Below, one piece after another: positions 45,619 to 57,200 of a stretch of DNA of 64,000 nt. The translations under genes were made by a program, and so were the position numbers. The notes under the pieces are model-generated. The model did no database searches and was not told where the DNA came from. It worked only from the letters and a program-made list of their open reading frames with translations. Origin of the DNA: Amoebophrya sp. A120 (lineage: Eukaryota; Protista; Dinoflagellata). The stretch lies in assembly GCA_905178155.1 (NCBI GenBank), contig CAJINV010000002.1:6614476-6678475 (forward strand), read 5' to 3'. The first letter of the stretch is position 1, and each line of letters starts with the position of its first letter.

Positions 45619-48600
45619 ATGGATTTTTTGACTCGAAGCCTCTCCACCGCCACCTCGTTTTTGCCACGTCGCAGTAGGTCGGGCCCGGCGCAAACCGGTG
45701 CAGCCGTTCACCCGGTTCCCTTCTCAGAAGATCAGAGTGATTCTAGTATCCCACTACACCCCAGACAGCGGTCCGTTCCGATACCCGAGGAGCCCGCCGG
45801 TCTTCACGACGAGGACAGCGAGAACGAGCAAGAATTAGAGACGGAACAAAGTATGATCGGTTCGGAAGACAACTCGCAGCAGACGACTGCTGACACGGTC
45901 AACGCGAACAACGAGGAACAGAACGAAGACAGAAATGAGTTCAGCTTCAAGAGGAGGGCGTCGAAGAAGACCGCTGATGGGTCCTCCTCGCGGTCGAAAG
46001 GTGGAATCGCGCAAGATATTAAGTCGAAACAGAGTAAATCAAAAGGCAAGAACTCTCGGCAATCTGCGTTGCTGAAAGAGCAGAACCGGATCGCGAAAAT
46101 CCAGCAATGCCTGTACGACAAGAAACAGGACGAAGATCCGATTTTCGCCCTGCTGGTGTCCGACGAGATGCTGCTGAAACACGGCGAGATTCTGGGCGGT
46201 TGCCAAGACAACTGCTTGGACGGAAAGGCGATGATTATGGAGTGGATTAACAAGCACAGGCGGTGCGAGTTAGAGCACTGGCACCCGTTTGACCTGGAGG
46301 TAGAAATGGTAGATCTGCGCAGGATGGCCCGGATGTTCTCATATGAGAAACTCATGCAAGCTTATTTTCCGTCAAATGAGGAAAACGCAATCGGGTTAGA
46401 TGGGCAACCACTGACCGCGGCGGAGAAATTGAGGATGACGAGGGAAAAACAGACCATCGTCCGCAGGTTATTGTCCAAAAACGCCTCGGAATTTGCGGTC
46501 GCCACGAACTTTTTCAGAAATGAGAGCTCTACTGCCGAGAAAAAGAATTCTGAGGTGGATAAAAAGGAAGAAAACCAACTCATGAAGCAAGAGCAGCACA
46601 AAAAGCTCGGAGATCTCGTGCTCCAAGGTTCCTGGCAGGCGTCGGATGAGGACGGAGTAGCGTTTCTCTTCACGCTGAATCTAACCGTGTTGCAGGTCGG
46701 GATCCAAAATCCGAAAACGAGCATCGTAGAGGAGATCGACCTCACTCGGGAAGAGCTTGATGACCGCGTGCAGCAAAAATTGGCCGAGATGCACACGAAA
46801 TACACGAAGCTAAGGCAACAGAAGGAATTGGAAGAAGCGGAAACCGAGGCGGAGCGAGCGAGTCGGAAGGAAAGAGGGCAAAAAGAAACTACTACCGAAG
46901 GAGGGGACTCCAGGAATAACTCGAAGGATTCGGCAACAAACATCGCCTACCTGAATCAGAAGGAAAAGGAGAAAGGCAACAAAACTGGCGGGAAAACATC
47001 AACAACTACTAATACTAAGCCGCTCTACCCAAGCCAAACGTCGAACTTGATCGATGGCACAATCGAATGGCATCTGGTGTACACGAAAAACCCGAAGGAC
47101 CCGACTTACGGGAAGCGGCTGCACAGGACGTACCGGAAATATCTGGATCAGCACGTGGGATGCACGGCGGTGGAAAGAGTGCGAGGGATGCAGCAGGGGG
47201 GATGCTTCTACCTTTCCGGGTACCGCGTAGTCGATCCCTTCGTGAAACAGGTGCCCCATGGGGGAGGGCAGAACATGGACCAGGATGCACTCTCGTTGGT
47301 TCAGGTATGTAGTAAATGAGATTTAGATTTTTTGTGCGATGGATGGTGCCATCGCTTTGTTGCAGCATGGATGTTTGTAGCAGTTCTACTTGGAGGTGCG
47401 ATAGCTGTAGCAGAGAGGTCTGTAGCAAAGAGGTTCTACTTGCACAAGGAATTTGTGTTGCTTGTACACATCATGTCTGTGTTGAATCCCACTTTAAAAT
47501 CTCCAGGTCGACCAATACGTGATCAAATGGGATCCGGACGCGAAGAAATTTCGCGGCGTTTCCCGGAACATGCATGGCTGTCCGGACGTTCGTCACTGGG
47601 CCGCGCACATGATTTTCAACCCCGACATTGCCTATGTGTCGCCCCGTTTCCACCCCTTTTTCCCCAATATGGAGTTCCCCGCGGTGGCCAAGCAAACGGG
47701 GCTTTTCGGCATAAACACCAACGGTGCGAGCGGCTGCTCTGCGGATCAGCAGGGTAGGCATCATCTTCCGTCCTCTCTCTGCACGCAGCGGACCTCCAGC
47801 AACGAGTCCCTCTTCGAGCACAGCTACGAATACAATTCGACGGCTTTTAGTCCGTTGCTCAGGAAGCACAACGACAGCGGATACCTGAAGGCGAGAAAGA
47901 TCCACAAGTTCGTCTCGGGAATCCACTCGGCGCCCGGGATTGCGGGCCGCAAGGACAGCGTGGGGAAGGGCGATTCAAATTACAATAGCGTAGACGTTGT
48001 AAAAAAAGCAGCAACCGGCATTGGTGTTTCTAGTACTGAGGAAGGCGAGCTTTCCTCGAGTAGATCGTCCGACGAGGAGCAGGCCTACGACTCGGAGACC
48101 GAGCCAGACAATTTCAATAATGGGCAGCCCATAGACGCGGCCGACGATTCCGCGGGTCTGACTTGCGGCCGCGTGATCGCGAACGACGCGATCGCGGCTG
48201 ACCAGAACGGCATTTCCACACTTCCCACGAGAGGCATAAATATCACGAACAGCAACGGAACATTGCACGCCCGGTCGCAGACCCACGAGGGGACGATAAC
48301 GAGGATACGTGCGGCAGGCTCGAGCTCTGTGAACGATCCGCCGCCAACGACGCTATTGGAGTTTCTAGAGGGCGCAGACGATAAGTACGATCAGCCGGCG
48401 AACATCAAACCGGAGGGAGCCGAACAGGGGAATTCTCTCGCTCCGGTCGTGGAAGTGAGCTGCTGCTCAATTTGCCTGGAACCGTTTCAAGATCGGGTCA
48501 CGTGTCCCTGCGGCCACCAGTACTGCGCGGAATGCTTGACGGAGACCATGCGAACGCAGCCGCCACGAGACTCGGGGGCCTGCCCGCTCTGCCGCCAGGT

Positions 48601-48667
48601 CGTCACCATGGTATCGCTGATGCGGGACGACGGCCAGCCGTTCTGCGGTGGGGGGCATTTCAGGTGA
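45619..48667 (+). CDS. C3HC4 RING-finger protein, join(45619..47304,47507..48667)
   Basis: GT-AG intron 47305-47506 in frame. CSIC...CPCGHQYCAEC...CPLCR. May continue via the GT at 48664. Confidence 0.75.
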
Positions 48668-49469
48668 GAGAGGATGGTGATTTTTGTATTTGTATCAATT
48701 TGGAGTAGAGCGTTAGTATCATTTGTAAAGCTACGTATCTATGTGTAGAAGTAGAGGTCTGAATGATCTCAGGAGAGTACAGTAAATTTTGAGTCCGCAT
48801 TAACATTACGGTATTTGTGCTCGGTACAGCGCTTTACGTATTTTTTGGAAATGAACCGTATAGAGCTTAGTTAGTTAACTAAAACCTTCAGCACCTAACG
48901 CATGACAAGCCGTGTACGAAAGTTTCTTCACCTAGGTATTCGTATTCAACACACTCTGTATGATTGTTTCTTCGTGGGAGCGCTATGCTTGAGTCGAACC
49001 ATAGCGCACCTTAGCAAGTAGTTTTCTACCATCTATCTTTTTGCGCATCGTGTCAAGAAAGTGTTGCCACTTCACCAGCCATCCAAGATGGTTTACGCGA
49101 GATCACCGAATAGTTCGTGTCTAGTAAGGTAAGTAGGCAGTACCAGGATTTTCTTCATGAGTCGGAGAAATCGAGCCTGTTGCTGCACCTCAAGGAGACA
49201 CAGCATCACCTTTTGGAGGTTTCTCTCCTGCTTTCTGAAGCAGCTATGGACTTCTAAATGTTGTGAGCCAGTTTTATCAATGCCCCAGAAATTAGATTGA
49301 GTACCAAAGCCTTGTGGCCGTTCACGAACCCCAGGCGAATTTCGCTTGTCTGCTGGAACATCGTCAGCGACTTTTGTTCGTGCTCGCCGTGTCAGCGGTG
49401 TGTCCAATGCGGTTGTCATAATTGCTGTATGTGCATGCGACCTGCTCTAGCGCGATGCCCACCCGTGCA

Positions 49470-50930
49470 ATGAAGTCGCGGCGGCGGCCCAGGAATACGG
49501 AGAAAAAAGCGACGCGGTTTCTCATCGAGGGAACTGCTGCGGGGCTTTGACCTCCTGGGGGGTGGTGCGTTTCATCCATTGCCGGCAAGGGCGACAAGGC
49601 CGGGCCCTCGGTCTCCGCCCAGGCTTACGCGCTCGCTCCGAGCGCTTCGGCGCGCCCCGGCCGGCCCCCTCCGGCCTTGGGCGCCGTATTTTCCGGGCGG
49701 GCTTTTAGTTATGAGGGCGGAGAGAGGATTCGCCCTGTTCCTGCCCATAGATGTTGCCGAGGCCCCAGGCAGCACGCAGCCCCATCTATCAGGCCCGACC
49801 GTCGTACAGGATTTGCCCCGGAAGCTGGCGGAGGTGTGTCAGCACATGCTGACGCGCAGGATTCCAGGTCGCAAACCCCGGCGGCGCCCCCGCTCTGCGG
49901 ATGGGGTTTGCGAGGCAGCGAAATGCTGCGCGTTTGTTAGTTATTGAAAACCGACGCCACTGCCGCTGGTCGCTGCCGGGGGCGCAACGGGGTCCACGCG
50001 CGCGGCCGCGGCCGGCGGAAATCACGGCCCGAAGGGAGGAGGCGGCGCGCCTTTTTCCCGGCGACTGCACTGCCTGGGGCATTCGGGGTTTGTGTGGTGC
50101 CTCTGCGGACGACGGCGGGCCCGCCTGGGTGGCTTGCAGTCCCCCCGCCGGCCGCGTGGGCTTTGGGCCTGCCTCTGCCACGTTGCCCCAGAAGCCGCTG
50201 CCGGATCTACGCTGCGACCGCGCGCCGACGCACTGAGTGACTGGAGAGGTGAGCACAGAGGGGCGGGGGGGGGCCAAAGCGGGCACCTTGCGGGGGCGCG
50301 GGCGTTAGCTTCTCGCTGCGCCCTTCAGCCTACACCTGAACCCCAAGCATAACGCCTCCAACACCCGCGCGGCTTTGGAAAAGTTGCGGAGCAAGTGCAG
50401 CCAGGGCCTGCCAGGCGAGACGCTTGCGCAGTTGTCTGCTTGGTACGCGAGGAGCTACCTCAGCAACCCCCTCTACGGGCATGGCGCCTGCGGGCCGCGG
50501 AGGGCCGCGCGCCTGGGAACCGTCTCCGTGGGCCCATTGCCGTAGTGCGCGCGCTCCCGTCCCCCCCCCCCGTGTGTGTCCTGCCCCCCTTCGGGCCCGC
50601 GCGTTTCGGCGCCCCCCGGCCCCCCCGGCCGTGCGGGTCTTGGTTCGTTTCCCTGGGGCCTCTGTGCGCATTGTAGCATGGGCCGAAAGTGAGGGGCTCT
50701 GTGGGATTTCGGTTGCAGGTCGCCGCCCGGGCCCGCCGCCCCGGCGTGCGCGGGGCGGGCGCGGGCGCGGCCGGCAGGCTGCCGTGCGGCGGCGCAGTGA
50801 GTGTGTTTCTGCAGAATTTTGACACATCCGCGTCGCTTGCCGGGCGAGCCCCGATCGTTGTGGCCGCAATGCGTATTCTGGCTCGCGCAGACTCACACTC
50901 ACAGTGCAAGAAATCGCGGCGCCCGTATTT
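49470..50930. other. GC-rich intergenic island, possibly a decayed transposon
   Basis: Very GC-rich. Only spurious R/G/A/P ORFs. Boundaries approximate. Confidence 0.35.
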
Positions 50931-51223
50931 CCATTGTGTGGCCTTAGCGTATTTGTGTTAGTTTCTATTTCGCGTCGTCTTGAGGCGTAGAAGCGACAAG
51001 GAGGCGCGCCTGTTCCTTCTTTGCACGGTAGCCTTGTTTTGAGTGTGGCATCTGCAATGGCGGCGCAAGGTTTTCGAGCAGCGTTCTTTCTCGTGAGTGA
51101 CAGAGCAGAGCATACATCCAGCCATTGTTCTTGACAGGAGTTGAAGATCGACGGCATCGAATGACAGGCACTAAGTAGATAATATAATAGATTGCTGCGT
51201 GAATTTGCAACTACAACTCCACA

Positions 51224-54200
51224 ATGGTTGTCCCTCGCTCCTCTTCCAACTCTTCGACCTCGAGTTCCAGTTCGAGCTCTTCGAGCAGGAACAAGGCCCG
51301 GCTGGTCTGGTTCCCCGTCCGCGAAGACATAAGTCGTTCTCAGCACCACGACCCGTCCTTTGCCGCAGTTGCTTACTACCACGCAGGGCAAGTACTTGGT
51401 GAAGATGCGACTACGTTTACCATCCGCCCGCTTGCTGTCCCAGGGAACGAAGGTGCGTCATCCTCAAAATCGACGTCGCGTGCGGTGAGCCCTCGTCATC
51501 TGCACGAGCTGATGGTGCTCGCGAAGCACGAGGTGGTCGACCCGCAAACTGCTGCTTGTAGCAGGACTGGTACAGTTGATCCAGCAGCGGACTGCTTTGC
51601 CAGTCCGGTTCTGTGCAGCCTGAACCTTCTGCAGCGGCACGCACAGGGATTGGTGTTCACAGTCTTGCGACCACCAGGCGGCCTGCGCGGAAACAAGCCG
51701 CGCGAATCTGATGCAAAAAGCCTGCTGATCCTGAATCCGTGGCGGCGAAATTCACATTTGAAAAAGCACGCCGGGGGTGCAACTTCTGTTGATGATGTGG
51801 CGAGCTCCGAGCTCGCCGCTTACAGGTCCATGATGAGCCACGCTTATGGGGACAAGATTGGAAGAGCGTATGTGGCAGAGTTTGCGAGGAAACAGAAAAA
51901 GAGACAGTCCGAAGGGATTCCAGCCTCCGGCGTTAATACCAGCGGCGACGGAGAACAAAGGCAGCAACTTCCGGAGCACTTGTTCCAATTTTTGTTGAAC
52001 GCCTCGTCGCCTTCTTCTCTTCCGCAACCGGGCCTAGGCCATGGTGCTTCTGTGGTGAAATTTTACATAGCCGGCACAAGTGACGATAAGTGGGGGAAGA
52101 TGTCGGCGCTGCAACAAGCATTCCTGCTCTTGACGCAAACCGACAGGACCATGCAGGACGAGACTTCACCAGCACCCGACGAGTTTTCCGAAACCATCAA
52201 ACTCCTCGCGGAGCTGCTTTTTCACGGGGCGAGTTGTCCCTTGTGGTCCTTCTGCCCGCCGAGGGTGACGATCACCAAAGATCACTCTCGTGACGCGGTG
52301 AGATCTATCGAGCTGCACATTCCAGTGGCCACGAAGATGCAATGTGAAGAAGAGGAGGGAGATGATGGTGTTCAAGCTCAAGCTGGTGACGCAGGTCAAG
52401 GAAAAAATGAAGAAACCACGGGTCGTTGCCTCCCTTCGCTCCACACATTGCCAGCTGCTATCCGAGCTCTCGTCGACCACCTTCAGCTGCCCATTCTCAT
52501 CGATTTCGAGGACGAAACGCAATCCGTGTCGCAACTCACAACCAGGATCATCATGGGCGTGAATGCCAAGCTTGCTTCGGTATTTGCAAGGAGGTCTAAA
52601 GAAATGGAGGGCGATTCGGATTTAGCATACGAGTACGACACCGATGGGCAACAGATCGTTCAGCTGGCTACGATGCCCAACAGCCGCGGCATGCTTTCCA
52701 CTACATCATCTCCGCGCGCCGCTGCAAATTATAGTTCCCAAAACGACTTCAAGCGGTTCCTTCGCGACGTGGTCAGTTTCTGGGATTTTCGGACCCATTT
52801 TCCGAAATTCCAGCTTCCGGTCGACTTCTGGCAGCTCTGCGGGGCGCTGTACCAAACGACTAGCAAGGAAGAGTTGGTGTCCTCGGGTTGTTTGGACGAC
52901 TTGTGCCAGGTGGACTTGGAGAATGTCGATCAATTGCTCCTGCAGTTGCCGATGCCATGGGTCGTACTAGTGCCTACTGATTCTTCGCAGGACAAACCAC
53001 GCGGACAATCACTATCACACGACGAAACCGCGATCGCCACGTACCGCATTTCGAACGAGCACTGGTTTTCACTGGAAGCGAAACAAGCGCTCGAAAAGAT
53101 GGAAGTTCTTCTGGAGGAGGAGTTTCAACAACAGCCAGTACCAAATGCTGGCGCAAACTTTTTCCTGATTGCGTGCGTGTCTAGCAATGCAGAGGAGCAG
53201 GCACACAAGTTCGATCCGACGTTTGTCGAGAGGCAGCTCGAGATTCTCCAAGTGCCGCATGATTTGGTGTTGACACCTTCAACGTCTTCAGCTACGACAG
53301 CCGTAGGGGGCACGCCGTCAGACAACTCTCCCGACTGGTTTGTCTTCCGGAAACAGGATTTCCTACACTTACAGCAAGTCGTACCGCTGTCCTCGGTAAG
53401 GGACCAAAATCAAAACTGTCAAGAGCGCCACGACCTTCATGGGGAACTGCCCGGTGATGTAGAAACGGTGAACCTGATCGTGCAAAACAAGCTTCCGGTT
53501 AGTTCGTCATGTCTAGCCAGGACAACTGACGGGGCAGAAGATCCCGGAGTGCACGACGAGGAGCGGTGGCGGGTGTTTCAGAAGTGGTTTCCCGGCTGGA
53601 CGGATCCGACGGAGAAATTTGTGTACGCAAACCAGCAACTGTTGGAGACGCTGGCGAGGTTGCCGGATGTGGTTGGTCCGATAGAAGGCGCTGGAGATGT
53701 GCAGTACATAGCGGAGGAAGTAGTGGGGGACGAGCAGGAACGGGAACTACAGCAACAGGACCAGCAAGATGACAACTTCTGCAAGAATTTCTCTGCTGGA
53801 GCAGAATTATGTGCAGCAGCAGGACCTGAGGAACTAGGAGTAGGAGACGACCCCGTCGTGGTTGAGATGAGGCCTGTTGGTGCAGCTTCAGCGGACTTCT
53901 ACACTCCTGCGCAGGATGAAATGGAAGTTGAATTTCAAGATAACATTCCCACGGACTATGCAAACGCTGCTGCGTCGTGGGGGCGAGAGCACGAGCAGAT
54001 GCAGAACAGCCCAACTACGACCAGCAATCTGCGGGCCTTCACGGAGGTACACGAACAGCAGCAGCAACCGCAGCAGAAAGACAATCTTCTCTCTTCTCAA
54101 ATTCTCGAAAAGTCATACAACGACTTGCAGCGACAGGCCGAGGAGGTTCTTCGCAAACTGTCCGAGCAAGACGACGAACTGCAGCACGCGGTTAGTGTCG

Positions 54201-57200
54201 AGAATAGCTTAGAAAGTTTCCACACGTTAGAAAAAGTAGAAAAACAACAACACCGGCTACTTCCGAAATATCAAGTTGATTCGCTGGAAATCAGCGAGGA
54301 AAACCGCCGTCGTGAAGCGCAAGTCTACCACGGAAATAGACCAAGACCCCGCCACGGATCCACACTCTCTCACTCGTCGCTCTCTCGTTCGAGAACGCCG
54401 TCGCCCGAGAAGATGAGAGTGGATTACCTACGGGAGTCACATCAAAGCGATCTGAGCGGTGACGCTGCTCGTCTGTCGCGGAGCGCAAGTTTGAGACGGC
54501 GTGATGGTCAAAGCGAAGCGTCAGCAAGAACTGCTGATTATGCCGGATCATCATCATCTTCTCAACTGAGCAGCAAGAACAAAACGCCACCGCGCAGGAA
54601 GAAACCGTCCGGGCAGGGAAAGCTGAAGCTCACCCCGCCAGGAGGAGGTGCAGCGAGTGGAAATGGGACGACGAATTTCATGTCCGCCAGAAGCTCGACC
54701 GCGTCCGGCCTGATGCCGTGTCACCGGAATAAGATTGCAGCTGCTTCGAAAAATAAAGCAGCTACGGCTCGTTCAGCTGTAGGGGCGAAAAGGGACGAAA
54801 GTACAGAGCCGGGGGAGGATGATCAACGAGAGAAGGAGTTTCCGCAATCTCCGGTTCGTGTAACGCGGAGAGGGCGCGTCAATTCACCCGCGAAACTCAC
54901 CGCCACAACTTTGAAGGCGGAAGAGATTTTCGGAGAACAGGGAAGAGCGCAGGAAGATAATCAGGAAGCCTACGACTGTGATAGAGTCGGGGTTGCAAGA
55001 AGGGGAAAAACTACATTTTCCACCGACGTTGTAGCTGCTGCTTCGAGTTCGCTTGTGATTGAAGAGGACCAGCAGCAAGGGCTCCCACGTGGTCTTCCAG
55101 GTGCACGCGCAGAAGACTTGTTCTACTCCACGGTCAAAGCCCCGGGTGTGAAGAGCGGAAAGAACGCTGATGTGGTGGAGGAGAAGTATTACAACACTGC
55201 GAAAGATCAATCCCGAACAGGCCACGGTGCTAACAACAGCCGGGAGATGACCCAAGCGCCATCAGATATCGCATCTACAACCACTCTGCCTGTAGGAAGA
55301 GGAACCACCCAAGAATTACACCGCAGTACACCTAGTTCCTCAACAGTCGTTCCATTGTTTTACGGCGCCGTCTCTCCGCCTGACGCTTCCTTCACTGGTG
55401 ACACGGGCGGGAGCGCAGCTGCGCCGGCTGAAACTGCAGCTGTTTCTCCCTCTGCGGTGACGTCTAGTAGTGCTACTGCTTTCAACGCCACAGCAACCGC
55501 CGCTACAGCAGAACACGGGCTTAGCGGGCAAAGATCCTTTCCAGCGGGTTCTGCTTCGAAAACGTCGAGCCAAAATAGTTCCACATCTACGTCGTCTTCT
55601 TCGTCCTCAAAAATGCAACCAGATCACTCCAACTCCTTGCGTGGCAGCGCGAATTCGGACCAGCCTTGGTACTTTTCGCAGAAGATCCTGGGCGGAATGG
55701 GTAGCAGTTCAAGCATTGACTCGTTGACCACAGGAGCCGTGTCGTGCCAGACGGTGGCGCAGAGTCTCTCTAGTCGACAACCGACTACGTCGCTCGTTGA
55801 CACGGCGAAGAACTTGGTTGCTTCTCACGAGATGAATGAAAATGATCAACAGAATAAACACGCAGTACAAAAACCGGTTGACTTGCTAAACCAATCTGCA
55901 ACCTACGGCACCGGCGCCATGGACTTTTTGATGACCAGCACGACGTCGCACAGCGAAAGCACGAAAGTGCCGCACTCCGCTTGCAGTTCAAATACTTTGG
56001 AGGATTCCGTCCAGCGGCATCACATGCAGCTCTCGACGGAGAGATCGAAGAAAAATGAAGAGCCTCAGCATACCTCCAGCGGCCAGCAGGGCGGTGCGCA
56101 CAACTTCGCGCTACAAGGCTCGCCTGTTCCCTGTTCTTCGGAGAAGACGTTCCTCGGGACAAATCAAAACACACCGGATACAGATCTAGGAGCGATGAAT
56201 TTTTTCGCGGCGAATGATAGTAACGGAGCATCATGCAACTCATCAGCGGAAAAAGGAAAAACGCACAATAATTTTCTGCAAGGGAGGACGCAGCAGAGTT
56301 TCAGCTCTTCCCCAGGCTTAGTGAATGTGAATATCAACTTTGACGAAGAGGAATTGTTGCACGAGCTGCAGAAGACAAAAATGAAAACCGTACCTGTGCC
56401 GGTGGTGGTAGCAGGAGGAGGTGGGGAAACCACACCAGCCACTAGTACCGCCGGGAACAAGACAAGGACCAATACATTATCGGACATGCAGCAATGCGGA
56501 GGTACTGGCACGAAGAACTACAACCCCACCACCTCTGGTTCAGATTCAGAAGACGTTGAGAGTCTGATCCGAAACCTGCCCCGAATGATGTGCGAGCAGG
56601 GGGATGATTTTGAACCTTCGGAAAGCAGACTGAAAGAGGTCCTGGAACAAGACGAGATCTTGCTCGAGCCGCTTGGTCGTGATGATCAGCATTTCAACAA
56701 TGGTGATGTGGGCGCAGGAGGGCAACAAGAAGCGAATGAAAATGACGGCATTCAACATGTAGTTCTTTCTTCCTCCGGAACACCACTGGAGCAAATTCCG
56801 GAAGGAGACGAGGAAGTAGAGGGGGAGGACGCAATGTCTGGCGGCGCTGGTGGCGGGTATCTGCAAGACGTGAACGAGACAGAAGTGACAAATTTGGTGA
56901 TGGAGGAGGAGTGCAACACCGACGTCCAAAGAAGTTGTTCTGTGGCACGGGAGAAAAGTGTTGCTTCCGACGAGAAATTGGTTCTGGTCTTGAAACCGTT
57001 CGTGGAACAAAAGGAAGAGATTGGAGAGACCAGAAGTAGTTTTAGAAGCAGCGATTTTATTCCAGTGCCTCGTGCAGGAGCAGGACCCATGGCACCACTA
57101 CCACCTTTGGAATCTTCGGTAACCGGCGCTGCCACAGCTGATGTTGACGATGGCCAGAGCATTGTGAATGAGCACCAGGACGACCAGCGAGTGAACGGCG

